From the NCBI GenBank assembly GCA_964016885.1, contig OZ024741.1, positions 70,246,001-70,310,000 of the forward strand: DNA of 64,000 nucleotides, read 5' to 3'. Position 1 is the first letter of the stretch; every line of letters starts with the position of its first letter. The DNA is from Eledone cirrhosa (Eukaryota). This document shows positions 27,765 to 41,387 of the stretch, piece after piece. The notes under the pieces are model-generated. The model was given only the letters and a program-made list of their open reading frames with translations. It had not been told where the DNA came from and did no database searches. The translations under genes and the position numbers were made by a program.

Positions 27765-30296
27765 CATTAATAATTCAAAAGATTCCTTTGATCCTTTTAA
27801 AACTATAACCTGGCACTGGTTCTCAATGACACCAATGTTACACAATCTGAAAGCATTTACCGAGTCAGCGAGAGGAAGAAGTTTTATGTATATCACCTCA
27901 CTGTATCACTTCCCCCAAAACTTGTAAAAGCGATACAAAGAATTATCACAAATTGCTTTTCTGTTTGAAACATCTGTTCTGCAGCCGCTAATCTCAGTAT
28001 TCTGCCTGTATTTCCCCGTATACTTTTTAATTTTCCTTTTATAATTTATCTCACTAGTTTAGACATTTCACATCATTTATGTCAGTAAAGCTTTCTAGAA
28101 AGGCGTGAATATCACAGTATCTTGTTTCTGTGCATCAATAAATCTGAAGACTTGTGCCTAAGTGAGAAAATCAATGTGGTATGTTGCTGTTGTTTGTTGT
28201 GATTTTGTTTTTATACTTGTTCGCATCGTAGATGTTTATTAACCTAACAGAGAGGATCTCTCATCAAAAGAGATGGCAAGATTATCTTTATATGAGCACA
28301 AAGTGGGTCCCGAAATTTCTTTCTACAGTAAAAAAAACAACAACAAACAAACAAATAAACAATAAACAACGACTGAAAAGGATGCTGCAAAGGGTTTTTA
28401 GATATCTGTTCCATCAAAGGAATGTAATTCATTGCATTGTAACTAGAAATAACATGCTTGCTTTTTGTTTAATTTTTAAGACAGTGTAGTTAAGGCTACA
28501 TTATCTAATGTGTCCTTCGTAAAGATGATGAGCAGTATTTCTAGCAGGTTTAATTATTTCGTAGAGGCTCCCTTGTATAGTTCGATTAATGTTTTTTTTT
28601 ATCTCAGTGGTGGTCACTTAGGCAGAGTCGTTAGAGCGTTGTATATTTATTACGGTCCTTTCTTATCTGGGGTCAAATCCAGCTTTGGTCCACTTTCGTA
28701 TTTTCTTCCAGTTGCCACACCATGAATGTTCTGGCAGATCAATGGAGGGGAAAGCCAGGAGAACATCCGTGTCTGTCCATGGCTGCATTGACACCTGAAA
28801 CCATTAGCGAAAGTAGTGTATGCTACCAAGTCATACTCGATTGCTAGTGTCAATTGTAGTTTTTAAGTGATTACTGAAGTGAAATCAAGAAGGAAATTCC
28901 CAGTAAATTGAGTTTGCTATGAAGTTTTGTTTCCTTCGTTGGTTACATAGCTAATTTCCATAGATTGTGCATGGATATGACTTTCTCAACAGAATATTTT
29001 ATTTATCTCACACGTGCACAACAGAATCAGTTACATGAGAGAGGAATCATCCAGGTTAGTGAAACAGTATGCTTGAGTGGATCATCTTTGCTTTCTGATG
29101 GTATGTGTGAACATTTAGACTCAGCACTTCAAGGCAACACTATAATCGTAAATTATACACAGTCACCATTGCATGAGCGATTGAAACATACCTCTCTACA
29201 GTATATATTCACAAATAAGGGAATACAGGCGTTCGCTTCACAATCCAGGATTCGATCTTACTGCGTGGCATCTAGGGTAGGTGTCCTTACCAAAACCTCA
29301 GGTCAACCCATGCATTGTGAGTGAAATTAAGGAGACGGAAACTATATGGAAGACTACCGGATGGATTTTACTTAGAATTCAAAGGACCAGTCATGTCACA
29401 TATTGCATCACTCTAATTCGGTTTGGTAAATATGTCTGTAGAATACCAAACCATTTATATGTTAATTCACAAACTGGACTGTCAGTTGATCTAACAACTG
29501 AATGCTCACCGTCGATGTAGGTGAAGAATCCATTACAGCTAGGTAGACTTGACCATTGAGAACTAAATAAGTTTGTCATTAAATTAGTAGCTCAGTGCCT
29601 ACATTGGTATATGAACCATCAATCTTTCGGTTGTTAGGGTGATACTCTACGAACATGGCAAACGGAGATTCTCCTAGTGTACTTTATCTGACCTAATTCT
29701 TTTAACATAGTATGCTTTTCTAAATATCTGAGATTTGCTTACAGAATTTTTACACCCTAACGTATTGCTTTAATAATTGCTATCTGATTAGAGCTGTTAA
29801 CAAATTTATTAAGATTACACGGCAATCAACAGGTTTGTTTGGAGAGCCTTTTTCTACGTTTTCACAAGGATAGGATAAACTATACTTTTGATGTGGTATC
29901 ACATCGAGAAAGTGATACGCGTATCAGACTTAAATTATATGATATTTCACAAGATTTCTATCTTTAGAAAGGAAATAAGCTATATTCTGAATAAGGAAGG
30001 CGTGGAGCTGTTCTTTCTCTCAAGTTTAAAGGTCTAATCTGACGACTGACTATGCTAATGCAGATTAAATTATCTTTCCGATGATAGTTTATTTAACATA
30101 ACAGCATTCCTTACTTACATCCTCGGTTGCGAGTCAACTTAGTTTCTGAGACACCATTGCGTCGGATTGAAAGCAAAGTACATTGACTTGTCGTTACCTT
30201 CATCCAAACATTGAGAATTATCCAACTTCTATGTGATAAAAGATTCCAATTTGATGGTCTTTCATCAACATTTCCAGTAGAACGAAATCCAGTAAA

Positions 30297-30752
30297 ATAA
30301 TTATTTCTACATTTAGCACAAGGCCAGCAATTACCCCAGTGTATTACTGGTGCTTTATTTTATCGACCCCGTGAGGGTGGAAAGCAAAGTTAACTTCGGC
30401 GGGATTTGAACTCAGATCATAAAGGGCCGTAACTCTATGGTGCAAAGATTGGCGTCCGACCCTCTACCGATACTGCCAATCCAGTAAAATAATTGTTTCT
30501 ACATTTGGCGCAAGGCCAGCAATTACCCAGTGCATTACTGGTACTTTATTTTATCGACCCCGTAAGGATGAAAGGCAAAGTTAACCTCGGCAGGATTTGA
30601 ACTCAGACCATAAAGAGACATAATGGTGTCTAATATAAACACAAGGCCAGCAGCTTTTGGAAAAATATAAAGTTGGTTATATCGACTCAAGTGTTTAACT
30701 GGTATTTTATTTTATCGACACCGGAAAGATAAAAGGCAAAGTTAACTCCGGT
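30297..30752 (-). mobile_element. Three tandem SINE copies (~30297-30482, ~30489-30620, ~30638-30752)
   Basis: Three successive ACAAGGCCAGCA...TTTTATCGAC...GGCAAAGTTAAC cores; AATCCAGTAAAATAATT is duplicated at the first two. Confidence 0.8.
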
Positions 30753-31024
30753 AGTATGATGTGGAATGTCTAAACCAGTAAGATAAATTATCAGTCTTGT
30801 ATCAACCAGTGAGATAAATAATCTGCATTGTATCAACTTTCCACAAAAATTCATAACACCATTATTTACAAGGCTTCATATAAAACAATGCTAATGATAC
30901 TCTTAGTTTGGAGGTCACTGTGCCCTAAAAGATTTCAAATTATCTAATTATAAATAGACAAAATATGTTGTGCATATAAAAGCATCTACAGCACTGCAAA
31001 AAAGACAATAGTTTAATTGGCGTA

Positions 31025-31386
31025 CTCTCGGGTCTCGAATAATCGTCCCCACCCAGTTATTAAGTTTTCAGATTTTTTCCAAACCCTCCTCAGCTCTTAT
31101 TCCAACCCTCTCCCCGCCTCTTAAACTTTGCTAATCTATCTACGGCGACATTTTATTTTTATTTTCTTTATATATTAAAAAGCATTATACATGACAAAAA
31201 ACAAAAGTACATTTCTAGAAATACCATACGTTATAAAATGAATAGGATGGGTTGGGATAGCAATCTAAACTAAACGACGAATTGTGTTTTTTTTTTAATA
31301 TCAACGGAGACAACCTGGAAAAAATACAAATTTTCCAACCTCACCCCAGTTAATTCCCCCCCCCCCCCCATTCTGGGACTCGAGAG
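31025..31386. mobile_element. MITE-like DNA transposon
   Basis: Imperfect TIRs CTCTCGGGTCTCGAAT / ATTCTGGGACTCGAGAG flanked by TA. Confidence 0.5.
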
Positions 31387-31584
31387 TACAGAGTTTAATT
31401 GTTCTGGTAGATATGCCCAGAAGAACTACCGTATTTATGAAAATGGACAAATCTGCCGGGACTATGTTCTTCGACACTCAGGATGGAAAATAGAGAGGGG
31501 TTTTGTTATCGTCATTGTTGTTGCTGTTATTTCTTTTATTATTTAATATTTTTCTAAATATATTTGTATATTTTATATATATAT

Positions 31585-31950
31585 ATAATAGAAAACGAAA
31601 AATCAGTGATGCATCTGAACTCAATTTATTGTGTGTTACATTTGTTTCGTCGGCGAACAGCTCGAGACGTGATCATTGTGTGGATTTGTCTGATTCTGGA
31701 CCCGCAGGTTTGACGGACACGTCTAATAATTTCGGACCATATTCTCTCACTCTGCGGGTCCAGAATCAGACAGATCCACACAATGATCGTGTCTCGAGCT
31801 GTCCGCCGACGAAACAATTGTAACACACAATAAATTGAGTTCAGATGAACCACTGATTTTTCGTTTTCTATTATATCATACTCTGCTCTGTAAGAGCATA
31901 GAGTGCTTAACAGGCATACCACCTATGGAAGCATCTTAGCTACCATCAGG
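31585..31950. mobile_element. PLE-like family F fold-back with tail
   Basis: Arms ~31585-31707 and ~31752-31876 are inverted; HHR 3' half GAC-GAAAC-AATT-GTA; extra ~75-nt tail on the right arm. Confidence 0.7.
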
Positions 31951-31951
31951 C

Positions 31952-32007
<56 letters not shown>

Positions 32008-32012
32008 ATATA

Positions 32013-32327
32013 TGTAGCAATATCAGTAGATTTGAAAAATAAAAACAGTGCTCAATCGGGAAGAAAGCAGAGATATATAATTTATTTATGTTCACGGAAC
32101 ATAGGCGCTAGCAAAGGTTTCAAAGCCCAAATTTCACCATACCTCCAGAAAACAACAGATGTCTAAATAAGGACCTTTCTTCAGGTGCTAATACATACTC
32201 GTATCAGCGCCTGAAGAAAGGTCTCTATTTTGATGCCTCTTGTTTTCTGGAGGTATGGTCAAATTTGGGTTTTGAAATCTTTGCTAGCGCCTATGTTCCA
32301 TGTATGAACATAAAATAAATTATATAT
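32013..32327. mobile_element. PLE-like fold-back with HHR-like motif
   Basis: Arms ~32073-32195 and ~32201-32327; GCGC-CTGAAGA...GAAA...TA-GCGC (32207-32290); tail on the left arm. Confidence 0.65.
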
Positions 32328-32457
32328 ACCGTATTTCCCGCTACTTTTTTTCTAAAATAAGTTTAAAAAATCTACCATGCGCCCTGGAGGCTGAAGGCTG
32401 CTTATTATTTTTTTTTAAATGTTTGGTTGTCCCCCACACACACACATATATATATAT

Positions 32458-32635
32458 AAGTTTATCCCGGGTTCAATCGGGGGTAACCACAGTAAGTAAG
32501 GTACTCAATACAAAGCAGAGCATAAATAATTAATATAGAAAGGCCTCTACAGGACTAGAACTGTTTCATTCGGGAGAAATCATCAAGAAGCCGCTTCCTA
32601 GTGATTTCTCCCGAATGAAACAGTTCTAGTCCTGC
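32458..32635. mobile_element. Short PLE-like fold-back with degenerate HHR
   Basis: CAGGACTAGAACTGTTTCATTCGGGAGAAATCA inverted; minus strand TTGATGA-T-TTC-TCCC-GAA-T-GAAAC...GTC. Confidence 0.55.
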
Positions 32636-32699
32636 CTGGCTAAATCATCATTCATTAGTTGATATAAAGGAAAGGAGAAACAAAATGATATATAAGATG

Positions 32700-32790
<91 letters not shown>

Positions 32791-32930
32791 TTGTGGTTAC
32801 AATCGAAAGAAAAGAGCAATCAACACATTAAGTGGAAGTTGAGTGTTTATAGGCAAAGTGTTATATGAATTTATGTATATATATATATATATATACACAA
32901 CATATATATATATATATTTATATATATACA

Positions 32931-32993
<63 letters not shown>

Positions 32994-33013
32994 AAATATA
33001 TATATATATATAT

Positions 33014-33060
<47 letters not shown>

Positions 33061-33374
33061 AGTGTGTGTGTGTGGATGTTTGTATGTATGTATGTTTGTA
33101 TATGTATGTATGTATGTATGTATGCATGCGTGTATGTACGTATGCATGTATGTATATTGTCAAAGTCTACCGACACTAAAGATAAGCAGATGGAAGAGTT
33201 GTTATTGTTTATGTGGAAGAGAAAGTCGTCAAAATGACTCCACAGTAGTGGAGTTGATATTTAAATAACCGAGGGGCGGCGTTCGTTTATATTATAGCGA
33301 ATTCAAGTAAAACAACGATTAGTTTGATACTCTATAGACAAGAGAATGTATATATGCTTTCACTTGTGTGTGTT

Positions 33375-33488
<114 letters not shown>

Positions 33489-33533
33489 CACACACATACA
33501 TATAATAATATTAGGCGAGCGAGTGAGTGAATG

Positions 33534-33600
<67 letters not shown>

Positions 33601-33905
33601 GGGGGGGAGAGGTGTGTCTGGTTACGGGTGACTTTACCATTCACTGATAAAAATGACGCAGTGGCGGTTGCATTTCGCTTTCTCATTACTCATGGTGTCA
33701 CATCCCACTCAGAGAGAATAATTGCTCAGTGCAGGTATTTAGGTATTTACAGTTGTTAACTACAACTACTTGTACATTCTGTGATACTGTGACATTGACA
33801 CAGAACAGATTCTCCTCTCTGTAGTAGCTAGTGATCAATTTTCTAAACATTTTGAGATACTCACCGTTACACCTAGTTCATATATATATATATATATATA
33901 TATAT

Positions 33906-34099
33906 AACAAAGGAAATGTGGTAAGGAACCAGATGGACCATAACGCACCAGAGTACTCAATACTTAGGGTAGTAGAGTGGGGAAATAGGAAAAAGTATGA
34001 CCCCGACGGCAGCGCTCAAGCCGTTTCGACGGCTATTTCTGGACTCAGAAATAGCCGTCGAAACGGCTTGAGCGCTGCCGTCGGGGTCATAGTTTTTCA
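33906..34099. mobile_element. PLE-like family A fold-back (clearest copy)
   Basis: ~55-bp near-perfect inverted arms around GACT (~34042-34045); ~80-nt tail on the left arm only. Confidence 0.75.
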
Positions 34100-34115
34100 T
34101 ATATATATATATATA

Positions 34116-34790
34116 ATTGGTGTGGGATGCTTAAAGCGTCCGTAAGCGGTAGGCCGTTTGAGCACTCGATGCTCTTACAGAGCAGAGTATAATATCACAT
34201 AAGAAACGGAGAATCAGTGGTGCGACGAATAAGATTTATTAGACATATTACAATCGTTTCTCTGGCGACCAGATCGAGGCAAGATCAATGCAATGATCAA
34301 ACCTGACTCTGAAATCGCAAGATCCTCAGATATGTCTCGATTCTACGAAACAGAGTTTCCAAATTTGGAAACTCTACTTTGTAGAATCGAGACATAACTT
34401 TTTAAGAATTGAGACTTTGGTGGCATTTATATATCTTAGAATATAGATCGCTATTTCAGAGCACCAATACTAATTTTTAATTTTTGCTGGGCGGGAAAAC
34501 GCTGTGTATGTTAATGACTTTAAACAGTTCATAAACATAACTGGAATTCTATAAGAATCCAGCTTCTATAACTCTCAGCAGAAATGAAGGGGTATGTAGT
34601 CTTGACAACCACTTACAAGTGAGAAACGGTACTACCATCGTTTACTCCCTATTGCTTTTGCTGAGACTATGTGACGTAGTCACTACTTTAAAATTCACAG
34701 CGAATGGTCTTCAAAATAAGTTTTAATAAGTATACATTATTACAAATATAAACATACATATTATCAAATATAATAAAAGTACATTCATAT
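34116..34790. mobile_element. Composite insert: family F tail arm (-), internal hairpin, diverged family D arm (+)
   Basis: 34116-34320 resembles the reverse complement of 31750-31950; palindrome at ~34331-34397; 34447 onward has ATCGCTATTTCAGAGCACCAATACTAAT and CTGGAATTCTATAAGAATCCAGCTTCTATAA of family D. Confidence 0.55.
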
Positions 34791-34803
34791 ATATATATAT
34801 ATA

Positions 34804-34937
34804 TAATGAAAAATTAGAAATTAGAAGTTAGGATTATCCATCATCAGTTGTCTACTAGGCATCATAGGCATTTCTTCGCGTTAAACTAGACAACTGATGA
34901 TGGATACTCCTAACTTCTAATTTTTATTTTTCATTAT
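34804..34937. mobile_element. Short fold-back with CTGATGA in each arm
   Basis: TAATGAAAAATTAGAAATTAGAAGTTAGGATTATCCATCATCAGTTGTCTA and its reverse complement; no GAAA, so the HHR is incomplete. Confidence 0.55.
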
Positions 34938-34971
34938 ACTTAATTGCAACACAGCTCACCATTTTGATTTA

Positions 34972-35024
<53 letters not shown>

Positions 35025-35045
35025 GTGTTAACATAAACATATATA

Positions 35046-35091
<46 letters not shown>

Positions 35092-35171
35092 CATACATAC
35101 ATACATATAATATATATATATGTGTGTGTGTGTGTATATATATATATACACACATATATATATACACGTAC

Positions 35172-35237
<66 letters not shown>

Positions 35238-35442
35238 CACAAAGAGAAGTGTGTTACACAGTGAGATGTGTGTAAAAAATTATTACAAGTAATAATTCTT
35301 TACACACATCTCACTGTATAACACACTTCTCTTTGTATAATATATTTGCATTTGAGCTCAGAAGAAAATTCTCTATTCTTCTTTGAGCTAATACTATTAT
35401 TATTATTACAGTGAACTGCGGAATACTCTTAATTCCGATATT

Positions 35443-35484
<42 letters not shown>

Positions 35485-35810
35485 TTGAAAAAAATGAAAA
35501 CGAAATTTCATTTCTCACTCTTAGTATGGCACTTACTTAAATGTAAGTATGTATGTATACGTACATACATATATGTATACAGACGTACAGTAGCATGCAT
35601 ACATATACATATATATATATATATACATACATATACATATATATACATATATGCATACAGGTACACATACATATATGCACGCATCAGTTTAGCGGACGTT
35701 TATTACAACGCCGCTTTGTTCGTTTGTTTGTCAACAAACCGAACAGCCTGAATTTATGCCATACGGTGTTAAGGCAACCACGTCACCTTTTTGCTCAACA
35801 CTGACACAGG

Positions 35811-35855
35811 AACGATGTACTAGTTTCAAGCTTGTTAGCTATCATCAGCACCGTT
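35811..35855 (-). ncRNA. Minimal type I hammerhead ribozyme (also 36316-36360, 36810-36854, 37304-37348)
   Basis: Minus strand AACGGTG-CTGATGA-T-AGCT-AACA-AGCT-T-GAAAC-TA-GTA-CATCGTT. Confidence 0.85.
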
Positions 35856-37846
35856 TACCCATCTGCCAGATAGTTGAACGTTCGAAAGTATATACTTTCC
35901 TTATGAAAATTAACGGCTGAGCAGCCTAATTTGCATATTGAGTGAGTTAAATCGGTCAGGCATACCGAAAACGATAAGTTGAAAAAAAAAAAAAAAAAAT
36001 GAAAACGAAATTTCATTTCTCACTCTTAGTATGGCACTTACTTAAATGTAAGTATGTATGTATACGTACATACATATATGTATACAGACGTACAGTAGCA
36101 TGCATACATATACATATATATATATATATACATACATATACATATATATACATATATGCATACAGGTACACATACATATATGCACGCATCAGTTTAGCGG
36201 ACGTTTATTACAACGCCGCTTTGTTCGTTTGTTTGTCAACAAACCGAACAGCCTGAATTTATGCCATACGGTGTTAAGGCAACCACGTCACCTTTTTGCT
36301 CAACACTGACACAGGAACGATGTACTAGTTTCAAGCTTGTTAGCTATCATCAGCACCGTTTACCCATCTGCCAGATAGTTGAACGTTCGAAAGTATATAC
36401 TTTCCTTATGAAAATTAACGGCTGAGCAGCCTAATTTGCATATTGAGTGAGTTAAATCGGTCAGGCATACCGAAAACGATAAGTTGAAAAAAATGAAAAC
36501 GAAATTTCATTTCTCACTCTTAGTATGGCACTTACTTAAATGTAAGTATGTATGTATACGTACATACATATATGTATACAGACGTACAGTAGCATGCATA
36601 CATATACATATATATATATATATACATACATATACATATATATACATATATGCATACAGGTACACATACATATATGCACGCATCAGTTTAGCGGACGTTT
36701 ATTACAACGCCGCTTTGTTCGTTTGTTTGTCAACAAACCGAACAGCCTGAATTTATGCCATACGGTGTTAAGGCAACCACGTCACCTTTTTGCTCAACAC
36801 TGACACAGGAACGATGTACTAGTTTCAAGCTTGTTAGCTATCATCAGCACCGTTTACCCATCTGCCAGATAGTTGAACGTTCGAAAGTATATACTTTCCT
36901 TATGAAAATTAACGGCTGAGCAGCCTAATTTGCATATTGAGTGAGTTAAATCGGTCAGGCATACCGAAAACGATAAGTTGAAAAAAATGAAAACGAAATT
37001 TCATTTCTCACTCTTAGTATGGCACTTACTTAAATGTAAGTATGTATGTATACGTACATACATATATGTATACAGACGTACAGTAGCATGCATACATATA
37101 CATATATATATATATATACATACATATACATATATATACATATATGCATACAGGTACACATACATATATGCACGCATCAGTTTAGCGGACGTTTATTACA
37201 ACGCCGCTTTGTTCGTTTGTTTGTCAACAAACCGAACAGCCTGAATTTATGCCATACGGTATTAAGGCAACCACGTCACCTTTTTGCTCAACACTGACAC
37301 AGGAACGATGTACTAGTTTCAAGCTTGTTAGCTATCATCAGCACCGTTTACCCATCTGCCAGATAGTTGAACGTTCGAAAGTATATACTTTCCTTATGAA
37401 AATTAACGGCTGAGCAAAAAGGTGACGTGGTTGCCTTAACACCGTATGGCATAAATTCAGGCTGTTCGGTTTGTTGACAAACAAACGAACAAAGCGGCGT
37501 TGTAATAAACGTCCGCTAAACTGATGCGTGCATATATGTATGTGTACCTGTATGCATATATGTATATATATGTATATGTATGTATATATATATATATATG
37601 TATATGTATGCATGCTACTGTACGTCTGTATACATATATGTATGTACGTATACATACATACTTACATTTAAGTAAGTGCCATACTAAGAGTGAGAAATGA
37701 AATTTCGTTTTCATTTTTTTCAACTTATCGTTTTCGGTATGCCTGACCGATTTAACTCACTCAATATGCAAATTAGGCTGCTCAGCCGTTAATTTTCATA
37801 AGGAAAGTATATACTTTCGAACGTTCAACTATCTGGCAGATGGGTA

Positions 37847-37891
37847 AACGGTGCTGATGATAGCTAACAAGCTTGAAACTAGTACATCGTT
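37847..37891 (+). ncRNA. Minimal type I hammerhead ribozyme (also 38342-38386, 38837-38881, 39331-39375, 39825-39869, 40319-40363)
   Basis: 7-bp stem I AACGGTG/CATCGTT, CTGATGA at 37854-37860, stem II AGCT/AGCT, GAAA, palindromic stem III ACTAGT, predicted cleavage after GTA (A37884). Confidence 0.88.
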
Positions 37892-40799
37892 CCTGTGTCA
37901 GTGTTGAGCAAAAAGGTGACGTGGTTGCCTTAACACCGTATGGCATAAATTCAGGCTGTTCGGTTTGTTGACAAACAAACGAACAAAGCGGCGTTGTAAT
38001 AAACGTCCGCTAAACTGATGCGTGCATATATGTATGTGTACCTGTATGCATATATGTATATATATGTATATGTATGTATATATATATATATATGTATATG
38101 TATGCATGCTACTGTACGTCTGTATACATATATGTATGTACGTATACATACATACTTACATTTAAGTAAGTGCCATACTAAGAGTGAGAAATGAAATTTC
38201 GTTTTCATTTTTTTTCAACTTATCGTTTTCGGTATGCCTGACCGATTTAACTCACTCAATATGCAAATTAGGCTGCTCAGCCGTTAATTTTCATAAGGAA
38301 AGTATATACTTTCGAACGTTCAACTATCTGGCAGATGGGTAAACGGTGCTGATGATAGCTAACAAGCTTGAAACTAGTACATCGTTCCTGTGTCAGTGTT
38401 GAGCAAAAAGGTGACGTGGTTGCCTTAACACCGTATGGCATAAATTCAGGCTGTTCGGTTTGTTGACAAACAAACGAACAAAGCGGCGTTGTAATAAACG
38501 TCCGCTAAACTGATGCGTGCATATATGTATGTGTACCTGTATGCATATATGTATATATATGTATATGTATGTATATATATATATATATGTATATGTATGC
38601 ATGCTACTGTACGTCTGTATACATATATGTATGTACGTATACATACATACTTACATTTAAGTAAGTGCCATACTAAGAGTGAGAAATGAAATTTCGTTTT
38701 CATTTTTTTTCAACTTATCGTTTTCGGTATGCCTGACCGATTTAACTCACTCAATATGCAAATTAGGCTGCTCAGCCGTTAATTTTCATAAGGAAAGTAT
38801 ATACTTTCGAACGTTCAACTATCTGGCAGATGGGTAAACGGTGCTGATGATAGCTAACAAGCTTGAAACTAGTACATCGTTCCTGTGTCAGTGTTGAGCA
38901 AAAAGGTGACGTGGTTGCCTTAACACCGTATGGCATAAATTCAGGCTGTTCGGTTTGTTGACAAACAAACGAACAAAGCGGCGTTGTAATAAACGTCCGC
39001 TAAACTGATGCGTGCATATATGTATGTGTACCTGTATGCATATATGTATATATATGTATATGTATGTATATATATATATATATGTATATGTATGCATGCT
39101 ACTGTACGTCTGTATACATATATGTATGTACGTATACATACATACTTACATTTAAGTAAGTGCCATACTAAGAGTGAGAAATGAAATTTCGTTTTCATTT
39201 TTTTCAACTTATCGTTTTCGGTATGCCTGACCGATTTAACTCACTCAATATGCAAATTAGGCTGCTCAGCCGTTAATTTTCATAAGGAAAGTATATACTT
39301 TCGAACGTTCAACTATCTGGCAGATGGGTAAACGGTGCTGATGATAGCTAACAAGCTTGAAACTAGTACATCGTTCCTGTGTCAGTGTTGAGCAAAAAGG
39401 TGACGTGGTTGCCTTAACACCGTATGGCATAAATTCAGGCTGTTCGGTTTGTTGACAAACAAACGAACAAAGCGGCGTTGTAATAAACGTCCGCTAAACT
39501 GATGCGTGCATATATGTATGTGTACCTGTATGCATATATGTATATATATGTATATGTATGTATATATATATATATATGTATATGTATGCATGCTACTGTA
39601 CGTCTGTATACATATATGTATGTACGTATACATACATACTTACATTTAAGTAAGTGCCATACTAAGAGTGAGAAATGAAATTTCGTTTTCATTTTTTTCA
39701 ACTTATCGTTTTCGGTATGCCTGACCGATTTAACTCACTCAATATGCAAATTAGGCTGCTCAGCCGTTAATTTTCATAAGGAAAGTATATACTTTCGAAC
39801 GTTCAACTATCTGGCAGATGGGTAAACGGTGCTGATGATAGCTAACAAGCTTGAAACTAGTACATCGTTCCTGTGTCAGTGTTGAGCAAAAAGGTGACGT
39901 GGTTGCCTTAACACCGTATGGCATAAATTCAGGCTGTTCGGTTTGTTGACAAACAAACGAACAAAGCGGCGTTGTAATAAACGTCCGCTAAACTGATGCG
40001 TGCATATATGTATGTGTACCTGTATGCATATATGTATATATATGTATATGTATGTATATATATATATATATGTATATGTATGCATGCTACTGTACGTCTG
40101 TATACATATATGTATGTACGTATACATACATACTTACATTTAAGTAAGTGCCATACTAAGAGTGAGAAATGAAATTTCGTTTTCATTTTTTTCAACTTAT
40201 CGTTTTCGGTATGCCTGACCGATTTAACTCACTCAATATGCAAATTAGGCTGCTCAGCCGTTAATTTTCATAAGGAAAGTATATACTTTCGAACGTTCAA
40301 CTATCTGGCAGATGGGTAAACGGTGCTGATGATAGCTAACAAGCTTGAAACTAGTACATCGTTCCTGTGTCAGTGTTGAGCAAAAAGGTGACGTGGTTGC
40401 CTTAACACCGTATGGCATAAATTCAGGCTGTTCGGTTTGTTGACAAACAAACGAACAAAGCGGCGTTGTAATAAACGTCCGCTAAACTGATGCGTGCATA
40501 TATGTATGTGTACCTGTATGCATATATGTATATATATGTATATGTATGTATATATATATATATATGTATATGTATGCATGCTACTGTACGTCTGTATACA
40601 TATATGTATGTACGTATACATACATACTTATATATATATAGTTCAGTGGTTTGTAAGTTGACGTTACTTAGTTACTTGGTTCATCAGTTTGATCACTCGA
40701 TGCTTATGTGGGTTTGGTTTAGTATTTGGTATTGCACATTTGGTGTTAAACTATGGTCGGGCTCCTTCATAAGTAGTGTGTTAATAATAATGATAATAA

Positions 40800-40998
40800 T
40801 AAGTTGAAACGAGGTATCAAAATATCATCATTATATATATTTGCATTTCGCGATTGATCACCTAAGGTGCTATCAGTATCATTCGCGTTCTGCTCAAGTC
40901 GATATTGATCACATCTTGAGTTGATCTATCGCGAAACGCGCTTCACACGTAAATAAATATAGTGGTGATATTTTGACACATTGTTCCTACTAATTATA
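40800..40998. mobile_element. Diverged PLE-like fold-back
   Basis: TCAAAATATCATCATTATAT...TTTCGCGATTGATCA versus TGATCTATCGCGAAAC...ATATAGTGGTGATATTTTGA. Confidence 0.5.
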
Positions 40999-41004
40999 TA
41001 TATA

Positions 41005-41165
41005 TTGGATTGGCAGTATCGGTAGAGGGTCGGACGCCATGCTTTGACGTATAGAGTTACGGCCCTTGCCATTCTGAGTTCAAATCTCGCCGAGGTTGAC
41101 TTTGCCTTTCATCCTTACAGGGTCGATAAAATAAAGTACCAGTAATGCACTGGGTAATTGCTGAC
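41005..41165 (+). mobile_element. SINE
   Basis: TGGATTGGCAGTATCGGTAGAGGGTCGG...GAGTTCAAATC...GCCTTTCATCC. Confidence 0.85.
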
Positions 41166-41387
41166 CATGTGCAAACCGCAGTTGTAACTGCCGTTCAGCA
41201 TGTACCATTCGATTTATTTGAGGCAATCACAAAGCACTCAATAGACCGAAAAATTAATATATTATCGTCCAGATTAAACACAACAGCTAAAAAGTGTGAC
41301 ACCAAGAAAAACGATCGAAGTGACTGGTCATCCATATACCACAACAACGATAGATATAGAAAGGTTATATATATATATATATATATG

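Larger units (their letters stand above)
35482..40629. mobile_element. Non-LTR retrozyme-like tandem array: ~494-bp unit, ~10.4 copies, two divergent arms
   Basis: Left arm 35482-37416 (~3.9 units, HHR on -), right arm 37411-40629 (~6.5 units, HHR on +); TGAGCA microhomology at 37411-37416; near-identical units; (TA)n at both ends. Confidence 0.9.

Noticed and set aside
27780-30290. Unique-looking region as possible host exons (e.g. 119-aa ORF at 28965)
   Set aside because: No recognisable domain or supportable exon structure from sequence alone.
35485-40621. Repeated 83-88-aa ORFs in the array
   Set aside because: Dominated by YI/HI microsatellite translation, antisense to the ribozyme, with no recognisable domain.
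35482-40629. Array as CRISPR or as a read fold-back artefact
   Set aside because: There are no unique spacers. An artefact is disfavoured because the junction is asymmetric with microhomology and diverged sister copies share the same ends, though read support should still be checked.
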